Below, in pieces: positions 43,096 through 53,696 of a stretch of DNA of 64,000 nt. Every line of letters starts with the position of its first letter. The first letter of the stretch is position 1. The stretch covers positions 1-64,000 of the IMG/VR virus record IMGVR_UViG_3300046690_000279. The stretch is one strand, 5' to 3'. Below the pieces are notes generated by a model that was not told the DNA's origin, did no database searches, and was given only the letters and a program-made list of their open reading frames with translations. The position numbers and the translations under genes were made by a program. The stretch is from a virus.

Positions 43096-43398
43096 ATGCC
43101 AGCCTGCGGAGCATGCGGCAGCACTGCGCTTGTGGTCTGGGTAAGGCGCCCTAGCGAGGCTGAGCTAGCGGCGATTCCCGCTGAGCACGGTGGCGATAGC
43201 GCGGACGCCACTAATACCACGGTCGCTGTATATGCCTGCGGATCACATGCTATTTCCGCTGATCTAGGCGCCCTAGTCCATCAGGCCCTATGTGCTGGCC
43301 CCTCTAGCCCTGCCCTGCCTGACTGCACCTGCACCCCTGAGCCTGCCCCTGTGGCTGTGCCTGAGCCTGTGCAGGAGCTACCGGCAGGGTGGCAGTAG
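43096..43398 (+). CDS. Hypothetical Cys-rich protein (copy B)
   Basis: Homologue of 2796..3098. Confidence 0.75.
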   Translation: MPACGACGSTALVVWVRRPSEAELAAIPAEHGGDSADATNTTVAVYACGSHAISADLGALVHQALCAGPSSPALPDCTCTPEPAPVAVPEPVQELPAGWQ

Positions 43399-43402
43399 GC
43401 CC

Positions 43403-43741
43403 ATGGCTAAGCGTCCCTGCCTGGTGTGCAGGCGTCTGACTACCAACCCTTCTCGCTGTGCTGCATGCCAAGCCAAGTACATGGCAGAGCGTGAGCGGCA
43501 GCGTGGCAGTGCTAGCCAGCGTGGGTACACCAGTGCCTACCGAGTAGTGGCTAAGCAGGTAGTGGCAGAGCACAGAGCAAGGCACGGTGGTTGGTGTCCT
43601 GGTTACGGCGTGCCCGACCACAGGACCCACGATCTGACTGTGGACCACATCATCCCGCTTGCCCATGGTGGTACGCACGACCGTGCCAATCTGCGCGTTC
43701 TGTGTCGGGGCTGCAACTCGCGCAAGCGTGACTCCCTGTAG
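43403..43741 (+). CDS. HNH endonuclease, terminase-associated (copy B)
   Basis: HNH motif. Confidence 0.9.
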   Translation: MAKRPCLVCRRLTTNPSRCAACQAKYMAERERQRGSASQRGYTSAYRVVAKQVVAEHRARHGGWCPGYGVPDHRTHDLTVDHIIPLAHGGTHDRANLRVLCRGCNSRKRDSL

Positions 43742-43861
43742 GTGTTAGCGCTGGGCCCTGCCTCGCTGTGTTGTGTGCCAGCCACCCTTGGGAACCGTGC
43801 CAATTCGGACATGTATGCCATAGGGGGGCAGGTCAATCTATAGCGGTGCATACCCAAAAGA

Positions 43862-43872
43862 CCCGGCTCCCA
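43862..43872 (+). other. Candidate cos site CCCGGCTCCCA (copy B)
   Basis: Identical to 3565..3575. Confidence 0.5.
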
Positions 43873-43977
43873 TGGCTCTGCGCATCGCTGCGAAATTCTG
43901 ACCCCGGGGGTCTAGCCCAAAAACGCTCTAGAACCGCTAAACAGCGCGGAATTCACGTCCGGCAGGGGGTAAATCGC

Positions 43978-44448
43978 ATGGCCGTTGGCCGTCCCCCGGT
44001 CCCCGCTGAGCGTAAGCGAAAACTGGGAAATCCTGGCGCCCGCCCGTTGCCTGACCCCGCCGCTGTCCATGACGCTGCACCGGTCACCATGGCTGCGCCT
44101 GCGCATTTGGGCCCGTCCGGCGCTGAGCTTTACTCACGCATTGTCACTGGTGCTGCCTGGCTCGCGGAGACGGACCGCCCGACGCTGGAATTGCTGTGCG
44201 AAAAGGTCGACCGGCGAGCGCTGATGAAAGCACAGCTAGATCACAGCGAAATGGTGCTCTTCACGGACAAGGCTTATGCCTATCCCAATCCCCTGGTCGG
44301 CATGCTCAGCACCATCGAAACCGAGATTGCGAAGCTATTCGGCGCGCTGGGTCTGACGCCTACCGATCGCACGCGTATGGGGCTCGCTGAGGTGAAGGCG
44401 CGCAACGCGTTTGAAGACTTCCTAGCGAAGAAAGCGGGGCCAGCGTGA
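43978..44448 (+). CDS. terS: Terminase small subunit (copy B)
   Basis: Homologue of 3681..4148. Confidence 0.9.
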   Translation: MAVGRPPVPAERKRKLGNPGARPLPDPAAVHDAAPVTMAAPAHLGPSGAELYSRIVTGAAWLAETDRPTLELLCEKVDRRALMKAQLDHSEMVLFTDKAYAYPNPLVGMLSTIETEIAKLFGALGLTPTDRTRMGLAEVKARNAFEDFLAKKAGPA

Positions 44449-44522
44449 GCCGGTGGGGTGAACTGATTCCGCACGACGAAGACGCAGGCACCGCATGTCT
44501 CTGTGGCTGCAACGACGAGTAG

Positions 44523-44544
44523 CACATACGGATATCCGGAGGTG
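44523..44544. promoter_or_regulatory. 22-bp operator (SD variant supplying the terL RBS)
   Basis: CACATACGGATATCCGGAGGTG. Confidence 0.8.
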
Positions 44545-44549
44545 ACCTA

Positions 44550-46070
44550 GTGGGCAGCACGCCTTATCTGCTGACCCCGGTCACGAAGGCGGACGTTAAG
44601 CGGGGCGACGGAGGAGACTTCGTCGACTTCTCGCAGAGCTTCCTGCGGATCACCAAAGACTCTGTCGGCGGGTCCAGCGGCGAACTGCTTGTCTTCCGGG
44701 ACTGGCAGCGCCAACTGTTCGGCCGGTTGCTCGCACGGCGCCCTGACGGCCGTTACAAGCATCGCCAGGCACTCGTGGGCATGCCCCGCAAGAACGGCAA
44801 GAGCGCTGTCGGCGCAGCCTTGGCTATCTTCGGCCTGGTGTCCGGTCCCCGTGGTGGTGAGGTCTACTCCATCGCCGCTGACAAGGAACAAGCGCGCATC
44901 GTTTTCGGCACTGCCAAGAAAATGATTGAGATGGCGCCAGAGATGGCGAACAGCTTTCGCGTGTACCGGGACGCTGTGGAGCTACCGGCGACCGGGTCTG
45001 TGTATCGCGTGCTGTCCGCTGAGGCGTTCACGAAGGAGGGACTTAACCCTCACCTGACGATCGCCGACGAAGTCCACGCGCAGCCCACCCGTGAACTCTG
45101 GGACGTCATGAGCCTCGCCTCTGGCGCCCGTGTTGAACCCATGATGGTGGGCATCACTACCGCTGGCGTGAAGTCGGATAGCTCCGGTGGCGACAGCCTG
45201 TGTTACGGCATGTATCAGTACGGCGAGAAAATCATTCGGGGCGAAATCAAGGACCCCGCCTTTTACTTTGAGTGGTGGGGAGCGCCGGAAGGTGCCGACC
45301 ACAAGGACCCAGCGGTATGGGCTGCCGCTAACCCGGGCTTCAACGACATTGTCAGCGAAGAAGACTTCCACTCCTCCGTACTGCGTACCCCGGAAGCGGA
45401 GTACCGCACTAAGCGGATGAACCAATGGGTATCGACGGCGCAGGCCTGGCTACCCGCTGGCGCTTGGGACGAGTGCGCTGGCGACGCTGAGAGCATCGAG
45501 CCGGGTACCGAGGTGGTCCTAGGCTTTGATGGCTCGTTCAACAACGACTCAACGGCGCTTGTGGTGGTCACCTGCCCGCAGGGTGAGGATGACAAGCCAC
45601 ACATCGACGTAGTCGCAGCGTGGGAAAAGCCTACGGATGCCGGGCAGGACTGGTCGGTACCCATCTTCGACGTTGAGGACGAGATACGTAAGGCCTGCCG
45701 ACGCTGGCAGGTTCGCGAAATCGTCTGCGACCCGTTCCGCTGGGCGCGCACGTATCAAATCCTCGAATCTGAAGGCCTCCCGATCGTGGAGTTCCCGCAG
45801 TCTCCCGCGCGCATGGTTCCGGCGACGCAGCGCTATTACGAAGCCGTCATGAACAAGACTCTGACTCATAGCGGTGACCCTCGCCTAGCGCGCCATCTCT
45901 CGAACTGCATTCTTCGCACGGATTCGCGCGGCTCGCGCCTGAGTAAGGACGCTAAGGGTTCGCCCCGGAAAATCGACCTTGCCGTTTCCGCTGTCATGGC
46001 GCTGGAACGAGCCTGCCAAGAAGCGGAAGTTATCCCCGAACCCCAGTTCTTTAGTTGGGCGGATCTATAA
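44550..46070 (+). CDS. terL: Terminase large subunit (copy B)
   Basis: Walker A/B and nuclease motifs. Confidence 0.97.
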   Translation: MGSTPYLLTPVTKADVKRGDGGDFVDFSQSFLRITKDSVGGSSGELLVFRDWQRQLFGRLLARRPDGRYKHRQALVGMPRKNGKSAVGAALAIFGLVSGPRGGEVYSIAADKEQARIVFGTAKKMIEMAPEMANSFRVYRDAVELPATGSVYRVLSAEAFTKEGLNPHLTIADEVHAQPTRELWDVMSLASGARVEPMMVGITTAGVKSDSSGGDSLCYGMYQYGEKIIRGEIKDPAFYFEWWGAPEGADHKDPAVWAAANPGFNDIVSEEDFHSSVLRTPEAEYRTKRMNQWVSTAQAWLPAGAWDECAGDAESIEPGTEVVLGFDGSFNNDSTALVVVTCPQGEDDKPHIDVVAAWEKPTDAGQDWSVPIFDVEDEIRKACRRWQVREIVCDPFRWARTYQILESEGLPIVEFPQSPARMVPATQRYYEAVMNKTLTHSGDPRLARHLSNCILRTDSRGSRLSKDAKGSPRKIDLAVSAVMALERACQEAEVIPEPQFFSWADL

Positions 46071-46080
46071 GGACGGACAT

Positions 46081-46233
46081 ATGAAGTTCAGGCGGCGCCT
46101 GGTAGGCGAAATTGCTGACGTCACTGGCATTGGTTGCCTGGTCGGCGCTGGTTGGGCATTCAACACGATTCTGGGTCTGGCGCTGGCTGGCGTCGGGCTT
46201 ATCGTCATTAGCGCTGTGGTGGTGGACAAGTGA
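46081..46233 (+). CDS. Small membrane protein (copy B)
   Basis: Homologue of 5908..6060. Confidence 0.7.
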   Translation: MKFRRRLVGEIADVTGIGCLVGAGWAFNTILGLALAGVGLIVISAVVVDK

Positions 46234-47492
46234 GCCTAGCTCGCAGAGCCGGTAAGGCTATTCGAGAGACCCGCTTTTACGCCCCTTCTGGCGCCGGTGA
46301 TCCCTGGTCTATCCCCAGTAATGGCAGTCTCGCCGCGTACACATCCGCTGGCGTTGCCGTCAACGATGAAACGGCCATGCAGCTACTCGCTGTGTCCGCC
46401 TGTGTCCGCCTGTTGTCTGATGCTGTCAGCGGCCTGCCCTTCGATTCCGTCAAGGCTGACGGCGAACTGCGCAAGACTGTTGAGCCCCCGCCTGCGATCG
46501 TTGCTGACCCGTTTGGCGGAGGTGCTACGCCCGGTCTGCCTACGCGGCGCCAGGGCTTCGTGCAGATGATGGTTTCGCTGCTGCTGCGCGGGAACGCCTA
46601 CTGCCTGGTGCTGTCTAAGGACAGCTACGGCCGTCCAACGCGCCTGATGGTGATTCACCCCGATCGCGTTGACTGTGAGTTTGACGGGAGCGGGCGCCGG
46701 AAGTACGCGATTGACCGTAAGCCCGTGCCCGACGCTGGCGACATTGTCCACATCATGGGAATGGGTTTCCCCGAGTCCCCCACGGGCCTAAGCGTCATCA
46801 GCTACGCACGGCAGGCCATCGGCCTAGGCCTGGCCGCTGAAGAGTTCGGCGCACGGTTCTTCGGCGAAGGCGCCCACATGACGGGTGTCGTCGAGATTGA
46901 GGCGGACCTAGACAAGGATCGCGCGCGCACCATTAAGGAGAATTTCTCTGCCTCGCATAGCGGGTTGAAGAATTCCCACACGGTTGGTGTGCTGACTGGC
47001 GGAGCTAAGTGGAAGCCAATCAGCGTCACGCCCGAAGATGCGCAGTTCCTCGGCACCCGCGCGGCGCAGAATCTCGACATTGCCATGTTGTTCGGCATCC
47101 CGCCGCACATGCTGGGGCAGGTCGACAAAACCACGTCGTGGGGCACGGGCATTGAACAGATGGGCCTAGGCTTTCTCGCCTATTCGCTGTCTGCATGGCT
47201 GGGCCGTTTTGAAGACGCCTGGTCGACCATGCTGCCCCGCCCGCAAAGCGCCCGTTTCAATGCTGACGCGCTGCTACGCACTGATACAGCGGGCCGGTAT
47301 GCGGTTTATTCCGCTGCCCGTTCGGCCGGAATCCTCACCACCAACGAAATCCGCGCCCTTGAGAATTACGGGCCCGTGGACGGTGGCGACGATATCGCGG
47401 CCCCGCTGAATTCATCCACGCCGAGCCTTACCAAAGACAACGGCGCTTCACCGAGTGCGCAGAAAGCTGACGCGTTGGGAGCAGTCCTCTAA
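46230..47492 (+). CDS. Portal protein (copy B)
   Basis: HK97 portal motifs. Confidence 0.95.
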   Translation: MSLARRAGKAIRETRFYAPSGAGDPWSIPSNGSLAAYTSAGVAVNDETAMQLLAVSACVRLLSDAVSGLPFDSVKADGELRKTVEPPPAIVADPFGGGATPGLPTRRQGFVQMMVSLLLRGNAYCLVLSKDSYGRPTRLMVIHPDRVDCEFDGSGRRKYAIDRKPVPDAGDIVHIMGMGFPESPTGLSVISYARQAIGLGLAAEEFGARFFGEGAHMTGVVEIEADLDKDRARTIKENFSASHSGLKNSHTVGVLTGGAKWKPISVTPEDAQFLGTRAAQNLDIAMLFGIPPHMLGQVDKTTSWGTGIEQMGLGFLAYSLSAWLGRFEDAWSTMLPRPQSARFNADALLRTDTAGRYAVYSAARSAGILTTNEIRALENYGPVDGGDDIAAPLNSSTPSLTKDNGASPSAQKADALGAVL

Positions 47493-48175
47493 TGACCGAC
47501 TTTTCAAGCCGTGACTCACGGCGCAATGTCCGCGAGGACCGCAGGCGCCCCTTTGAGGGTATGGAGCTGCGCGAGGCACCTAACGGCACGCTTCGTTTCA
47601 CTGGCTACGCGTCTGTGACTGAGACCCCATATGAGATGCAGGACTTTCTCGGCGATTACACAGAGGTCGTCCGGCGCGGTGCGTTCAGTAAGACGTTGGC
47701 CGAGGGCGCTGACGTCCCGTTCAAGTTGAACCATGACGGTATGACGCTGGCGCGGACTAAGTCCGGGACCATGCGACTGTCGGAAGACTCTACGGGCCTG
47801 CATGTTGAGGCTGACCTAGACCCCGGCAACGGGCAGGTGCGCGACATTCGCTCAGCGATGGAGCGGGGCGACCTTGACGAGATGAGCTTTGCGTTTCGCG
47901 TGACTCGTCAGGAGTGGTCGCCGGATTGGACGCAGCGCGATATCACTGAGGTGAACCTCAACAAGGGTGACGTCAGCATCGTGAACTATGGCGCCAACCC
48001 GCACACGCAGGGGCTTACCTCGCTGCGTAGCGCGCTGACTGACGGCACGATCACACGGGACCAGTTGGAAGCGCTCTTGCGGTCCGTGAGTGACTCCCCT
48101 GCCCCGCCTGACCCTGTTATCGCCCCTTCGGATTTCGCGCTGTATGAGGCGCGCCTCCGCGCCCTGAATCTCTAA
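47492..48175 (+). CDS. Prohead protease (copy B)
   Basis: HK97 protease motifs. Confidence 0.93.
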   Translation: MTDFSSRDSRRNVREDRRRPFEGMELREAPNGTLRFTGYASVTETPYEMQDFLGDYTEVVRRGAFSKTLAEGADVPFKLNHDGMTLARTKSGTMRLSEDSTGLHVEADLDPGNGQVRDIRSAMERGDLDEMSFAFRVTRQEWSPDWTQRDITEVNLNKGDVSIVNYGANPHTQGLTSLRSALTDGTITRDQLEALLRSVSDSPAPPDPVIAPSDFALYEARLRALNL

Positions 48176-48189
48176 CTCTCGCGACTGAG

Positions 48190-48211
48190 CACATACGGAT
48201 ATCCGTACGTG
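48190..48211. promoter_or_regulatory. 22-bp operator
   Basis: CACATACGGATATCCGTACGTG. Confidence 0.8.
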
Positions 48212-48341
48212 CCTTTCGCTGCCCGCCCGGTTTACGCCGGAGCCTACGCCGGACCCCACGCAACAAGGGGCACCACCTGGGCCACCACCTAACGCAAGTG
48301 GTGGGCGATTCCCAAAGAATCGAACCTAGGAAAGGTCCCTA

Positions 48342-49682
48342 ATGGACAAGCGTTCCCTTATTTCTGACCTGGTTGCCAAGCGCAGCGCCGAGCGTACGAA
48401 GCTAGATGCCCTTCTGGGCGAGGCTCGCTCCGCTGAGGCTGCGGACCTTACCGACGAGCAGCGCTCCGCTTTCGACGCTGGCGAGACTGAGATTCGGGCG
48501 CTGGACGACCGCATCAAGGAGCTTGACGAGCAGGTTCGCGCCGACGACGCTGCGGCTGACATGGCCAAGCGTTATGCGCCGAAGCCTTCGGGTGTTCAGG
48601 TCGTTTCCGAGCCTGAGATCTACCGTTCCGGTCTGAACGGCCAGTCGTACTTCCGCGACATGTGGAATGCGCGCCAGAACGGCGACGCTTCCGCCATGGA
48701 CCGACTTCAGCGCAACAACCGGGGCCGTGCGGCTGAGCAGCGTGCGCTGACCACGGTTAACGGCGCTGGTGGCGAGTTCGTTCCGCCCCTGTGGCTGGAG
48801 AAGGAGTTCGTCCGCCTGGCTCGCGCGGGTCGCATTACCGGCAACCTGGTCCCGACCAGCGCGCTTCCTGCGGGTACCGACTCGATCAACGTGCCGAAGG
48901 TGAACACCGGTACGGCCGTTGCTGTGCAGGCGACTCAGAACACGGGCGTTCAGCAGACCGACCTGACCACCACGTCGATTTCGTCCACCGTGACGACCAT
49001 CGCCGGTGGCCAGACCGTTTCGCTTCAGCTCCTAGAGCAGTCGCCGCTGAACGTGGATGACGTCATCCTTGCTGACCTCGCTGCGGCGTACGCCACTCAG
49101 TACAACACCCTGATTCTGAGCGGCTCTGGTTCCGGTGGTAACCCCACCGGCATCTTCACTCTGGCGGGCACCAACGCAGTTGCGACGAACGCTGCGACCA
49201 CGGCCGGTATGTACGCGGCTGTTGCCAACGCCATTCAGCAGGTTCACACGAACCGGTTCCTTCCGCCTGACACGATCATCATGCACCCTCGCCGCTGGGC
49301 TGCGCTGCTAGCTGCGTCTGACACCACGGGTCGCCCGCTGGTGACTCCGTCCGCGAACGCGCCGATGAACGCGCTGGCCAACCAGGATGGCGTTAACTCT
49401 CAGGGTTACGTCGGCACGATTCAGGGTCTGCCGGTTTACGTTGACGCGCTGATTCCGACCAACGTCGGCGCTGGCACTAACCAGGACCGCATCATCGTGG
49501 CTCGCATGGCCGACCTGATGGCTTGGGAGGGCAACGTCAAGGCGGAGGCCTTCCCGCAGACGTACGCCAACCAGCTATCCGTGTTCGTGCGGCTGTACAA
49601 CTACATGTCGTTCCAGCCTGCGCGCTACCCGAAGTCGATTTCGGTCGTCGACGGTACCGCCCTGGTGACTCCGTCCTTCTAG
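48342..49682 (+). CDS. Major capsid protein (copy B)
   Basis: Homologue of 8167..9510. Confidence 0.93.
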   Translation: MDKRSLISDLVAKRSAERTKLDALLGEARSAEAADLTDEQRSAFDAGETEIRALDDRIKELDEQVRADDAAADMAKRYAPKPSGVQVVSEPEIYRSGLNGQSYFRDMWNARQNGDASAMDRLQRNNRGRAAEQRALTTVNGAGGEFVPPLWLEKEFVRLARAGRITGNLVPTSALPAGTDSINVPKVNTGTAVAVQATQNTGVQQTDLTTTSISSTVTTIAGGQTVSLQLLEQSPLNVDDVILADLAAAYATQYNTLILSGSGSGGNPTGIFTLAGTNAVATNAATTAGMYAAVANAIQQVHTNRFLPPDTIIMHPRRWAALLAASDTTGRPLVTPSANAPMNALANQDGVNSQGYVGTIQGLPVYVDALIPTNVGAGTNQDRIIVARMADLMAWEGNVKAEAFPQTYANQLSVFVRLYNYMSFQPARYPKSISVVDGTALVTPSF

Positions 49683-49711
49683 TCCAGTGACCCCGTAGCG
49701 GTGGGGGTTGG

Positions 49712-49733
49712 CACCTACGGATATCCGTATGTG
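49712..49733. promoter_or_regulatory. 22-bp operator
   Basis: CACCTACGGATATCCGTATGTG. Confidence 0.8.
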
Positions 49734-49764
49734 GTGGCCCCCGCCGTTTGGCTGAGAGGAATTC

Positions 49765-50013
49765 ATGAATCCCATCAACTACGCGCGTGGCCTGGTCGAC
49801 GAGCTTGAAGGGTGCCTGCGGACCGCTGACAAGGTGCGGGAAGCCACCGTGCGCGAACAGCTCGCTTGGGTCTCTGGTGAGCTGGACAAGGTCGTTCCGG
49901 AGGGTCTCAGCGACACCGTGCGCGCCCTGTACGACGAAGCCAAGGCAGCTACGGCCGATGCGCTGGCAAGCAAGCCAAAGAGGGCAGCGAAGGCGCCCGC
50001 TCCAACTGAGTAG
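49765..50013 (+). CDS. Small head-region protein (copy B)
   Basis: Homologue of 9589..9840. Confidence 0.7.
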   Translation: MNPINYARGLVDELEGCLRTADKVREATVREQLAWVSGELDKVVPEGLSDTVRALYDEAKAATADALASKPKRAAKAPAPTE

Positions 50014-50021
50014 GGGTTGAT

Positions 50022-50912
50022 ATGCCGCTGATCTACTTTGCCGGGCAGGATGTAGCGCTTACGGCGAACCCGCTCGACGACAGCGGCAGCCCCGTGCAGG
50101 GCGCTGTGAGCGTCTCTGTGACCATCACAGACCCGTCCGGGGGGATTACCCATCCCACCCCGTCAGGGCCCGTCAGCGGGGCGTACACGGCCGTTGTGCC
50201 GTCCGTAGGACTGCCCGGGGTATGGCTTGCCCGCTGGACTGCTACCGGCACGGGTGTTGCCTGGTCGTCAGAGACTCAATTTCAGGTGCGCCCCCTCGGC
50301 GTCGAACAGCTCGTCGACCTGCCCAGCGTCAAGGCCCATCTGAACATCCCGCCCAACGACACGCGCCAGGATGACGAACTACAGGGCTTCATTCTCGCTG
50401 CGGCAGAGATAGCCCGGAACCATTGCGGCCCGTTCATCCCGGAATCCCACACGGAGTATTTCGACGGCGGGGTTTCACAGATCGTGCCAGCGTTCACGCC
50501 GGTTGCGAGCGTGCTGAGCATCACGGAGTACTACGGGCTTTCAGCCTTTCCGCTGACTGAACAGCCGCTAAGCGGGCAGGTAAACGCATTCGGTTTCACC
50601 GTGGACTACAACACGGGGCAGATCACGCGCCGCACGTTCGGGGGCGAGGCTGCAACGTTCGCTTTCGGCGCGAAGAACATCAAGGTCGTGTACACGGCGG
50701 GGCGCGCTGGTGCGGTGCCTTGGACCGTGCGCCTGGGCGTGCTTGAGCTGATCCGGCATCTGTGGCAGATGACGCAACAGGGTGGCGGACGGCCGAAATT
50801 CAACTCTGGCGCCTACGACGGTGGCGAAGCCATTGTCCACACGGGCTTTGCCATTCCCTCGCGCGTCCTCGAACTCTGGCAGGCCTACTACAGGGGGCCG
50901 GGTATCGCATGA
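50022..50912 (+). CDS. Head-tail connector (copy B)
   Basis: Homologue of 9847..10737. Confidence 0.75.
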   Translation: MPLIYFAGQDVALTANPLDDSGSPVQGAVSVSVTITDPSGGITHPTPSGPVSGAYTAVVPSVGLPGVWLARWTATGTGVAWSSETQFQVRPLGVEQLVDLPSVKAHLNIPPNDTRQDDELQGFILAAAEIARNHCGPFIPESHTEYFDGGVSQIVPAFTPVASVLSITEYYGLSAFPLTEQPLSGQVNAFGFTVDYNTGQITRRTFGGEAATFAFGAKNIKVVYTAGRAGAVPWTVRLGVLELIRHLWQMTQQGGGRPKFNSGAYDGGEAIVHTGFAIPSRVLELWQAYYRGPGIA

Positions 50913-51376
50913 GCATCCCTTCCAGCACAGCGCCAGCGGTCCGACAGTGGCTTTTCGACCAGTGCACCGCTGGGCTCGCGCCCGACCCAAACAATGTCCG
51001 CGCGTCGTTGCTTGTGTGCTTTGACCAACCGGGGCCGAACGAGCCTGATGACATTGTGGCCATCGGCCAGGTGCGCAGGCATCTGAACGTTGCCTCGATG
51101 GTTGGTGGGGGTGGCGCCGGTTGGCTCGACGAGTCGTACTCAGTCTCTGTCGTAGTCGACGTGTTCCGGGGCAGCGACAGCGGGCAGGTGGCCTACTCGC
51201 GGGCCATGGACCTAGCCAACGCCGTCATTGCCATCGTGCGGACGGATATCACGCTGGGCGGCCACGTCATTAAGAGCGCCCCGACTGGCGATACGGCCGA
51301 AGTCGAGTGGGACAGCGAACACGGCGGTAAGCGCGCGTGCGTGACTGTCGAAATCGAATGCGTTACGAGGATCTGA
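50909..51376 (+). CDS. Putative tail terminator (copy B)
   Basis: Homologue of 10734..11201. Confidence 0.65.
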   Translation: MSIPSSTAPAVRQWLFDQCTAGLAPDPNNVRASLLVCFDQPGPNEPDDIVAIGQVRRHLNVASMVGGGGAGWLDESYSVSVVVDVFRGSDSGQVAYSRAMDLANAVIAIVRTDITLGGHVIKSAPTGDTAEVEWDSEHGGKRACVTVEIECVTRI

Positions 51377-51379
51377 CAC

Positions 51380-51583
51380 ATGCCTGAATTCACATACAGC
51401 GGCGACGACGAGCGCTATTACCCGTCGCTTGCGCTGGACGTCCGCCCGGGTGACCGAGTGACGCTCGACGCTGACCCCGGGGACGGCCGTTTCGCACCTG
51501 CCGAAGGCGCCCCCACTCCCCTGCCTGTCTCTGACAGCGCCCCCGACCCTGAGCCCGCTGATATCCCGGAGGTTGGCAACTAA
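51380..51583 (+). CDS. Small hypothetical protein (copy B)
   Basis: Homologue of 11205..11426. Confidence 0.7.
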   Translation: MPEFTYSGDDERYYPSLALDVRPGDRVTLDADPGDGRFAPAEGAPTPLPVSDSAPDPEPADIPEVGN

Positions 51584-52548
51584 TGCCCAAGGCAACAGCT
51601 CTTTCATTCCTCGGTATTGCCAAGGAAACCACGCCCGGCACGCCCGTTGCGTCTACGCAGTACATCCCGGTCACGACTATCACGCCGAAGGACAATCAGC
51701 AGCTACTTGACGACAAGGGCTATCGCGGCTCGCTCGTCGAGGTCTACGACCAGGTGGCGGGTGTCCTAAGCGGCTCGCTGGATTTCGACGGGGACGTTTT
51801 CCCGGACACGATCGGTTTCCCGCTGGCGGGTGTGCTCGGCGATGTTGTTACGTCCGGCGCTTCGGCCCCGTTCACTCACACTTTCTCGGTTCTGAACACG
51901 GGCTCGGGCCAGCCGAAGACGTACACCCTGAATGACAACTACGTTGCCGGTAACCGGCAGTACCCCAGCGCCAAGTTTTCTGAGGTCGGTTTCAAGTTCA
52001 CGGCCGATGGACTGCTGACGTACAGCGCGAAGACTACGACGTTCGGGTCTGTCACCGCTTCCGCGCCGACCACGTCCTTTACTGCCATTCCTCCGCTGGT
52101 TGGCTGGACTGGTGTCGTGCAGATTGCGGGTGTCACTCAGGCGGGTGTGCTCGATGGTGAGGTCACCATTAAGCGCCCGGTCACCGTGATTAACCCGGTC
52201 GACGGTACGCAGGCGCCTTCCACCCTGTGGAGTGGTCCCGTGCAGGTAGACGGTAAGGCCACCCTCATCATGGAAGATGACACGGCGCTTACGCAGTACC
52301 TCACCACGGTAAAGCCTGCGATTGACTTCACTTTCTCGGCTGGTGCTGGCGCTGCGGCCGTTCAGCTAAAGCTGCACATGACTAAGTGCAGCATTTCTGC
52401 CGCTGATATCACGCGCGGCAAGGACTACATAGAGGTGCCGATCACGTGGACGGCCCTTGCCAACACCACCGACATTGGCGCGTCGGGCGGGTATTCGCCG
52501 ATCAAGGTGACCGTTCAGAACGCCGTGACCTCCGGGACGTACAACTAA
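51583..52548 (+). CDS. Major tail protein (copy B)
   Basis: Homologue of 11426..12391. Confidence 0.85.
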   Translation: MPKATALSFLGIAKETTPGTPVASTQYIPVTTITPKDNQQLLDDKGYRGSLVEVYDQVAGVLSGSLDFDGDVFPDTIGFPLAGVLGDVVTSGASAPFTHTFSVLNTGSGQPKTYTLNDNYVAGNRQYPSAKFSEVGFKFTADGLLTYSAKTTTFGSVTASAPTTSFTAIPPLVGWTGVVQIAGVTQAGVLDGEVTIKRPVTVINPVDGTQAPSTLWSGPVQVDGKATLIMEDDTALTQYLTTVKPAIDFTFSAGAGAAAVQLKLHMTKCSISAADITRGKDYIEVPITWTALANTTDIGASGGYSPIKVTVQNAVTSGTYN

Positions 52549-53194
52549 TGATCCACCTGACTCTCCCCTCTGGCGCTACCGCTGATCTTCGCGAAGTTGC
52601 CGACGTTACCGAGCGCCAGCGCAGGCCCATCAAGCGCATTCAGACGAAGCTAGCGGGTCTGCCTGCGTTCACTTCGGCCGTTGCTGAGGCGCAGGCACAG
52701 GGCGACGGCGCGGAGCTATCGCCTGAGCAGCAGCTACGTATCGCGGCGGGCATGGGCGAGGCTTTCGACCTGCTAGAGGAGCTAAACGACTCCCTGGTGG
52801 TCGCGCTCGTCGCCGGTTGGTCCTATGGCTTCGCGGTGAACGTTGATGCGGTGCAGGATCTCCCCGGGCGTGACCTTGACGCGCTGCGTAAGGCTGTGGC
52901 GCCGTACCTCGGCCAGCTAAACCCTGACTTCGAGCCGAGCCCGGATGCAGCGTCCCCTACCGAAGCCTCCGTCGCCTAACGGAGGCTCTTTCCCACAACG
53001 GGGCAGGGAGCAACTACTCAGCGGACGAAATCCCGTCAGAGGAGTATCGGACGTGGCGCCTGTGCACATTGCTGCGCTGTCGCCCGTCCGAACTCGACGC
53101 CGAATCCGCTGTAACCCTGGATTGGCTACTCGCCGTTGATGACGCCGTTGGCAAGGCGCGCAAGATAGTTGAGGGGCGTGCCGCCAATGGCTGA
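52548..53194 (+). CDS. Tail assembly chaperone G (to 52979) and -1 frameshift G-T product (to 53194), copy B
   Basis: Slip site TCCCCT at 52953-52958; open -1 frame. Confidence 0.75.
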
Positions 53195-53681
53195 TGAATT
53201 CATGGCGGTAGTCAAGGGTGTTGGTGAAGTTCGCACCGCCATTGAGAAGATGCAGCTTGCTTCGGACGAGGCGACCCGCGTAGCGCTGGGCAAGGCAACC
53301 GCGTACACGAAGCGACGAATTAAGGGCGGCATGCGTGGCGCCCCTCGCTGGGCTAGCAAGGGCGACGACCCTGAGTCGGGCTCGCCTGCTTTCAGTCTCG
53401 GTCGCAAGCCTAACCACATCCCCCGGTCTGGCGGACCAGGTCAGCTAACCGGTGAGCTATATCAGTCCATCCGCAAGAGCAAAAAGGCTCGTCGCGGAGG
53501 CACGGGGGAATGGTCGCAAGTCGTTATGGCTGGCGGGCGGGGCGGATACCAAAACCGCTACAAAGCAGAAATTGAAGCCCGGTACCCGTACTTCAAACCA
53601 GGGGTGGACAAGGCATCGCCCAAGGTTCGTGGTTATTTCGAGGGCGCGTGGGCTGCGGCTGTAAACGGAAAGAAATTCTAG
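53187..53681 (+). CDS. HK97 gp10-like protein (copy B)
   Basis: Homologue of 13030..13524. Confidence 0.6.
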   Translation: MADEFMAVVKGVGEVRTAIEKMQLASDEATRVALGKATAYTKRRIKGGMRGAPRWASKGDDPESGSPAFSLGRKPNHIPRSGGPGQLTGELYQSIRKSKKARRGGTGEWSQVVMAGGRGGYQNRYKAEIEARYPYFKPGVDKASPKVRGYFEGAWAAAVNGKKF

Positions 53682-53696
53682 GGAGGTAGCTTCGCT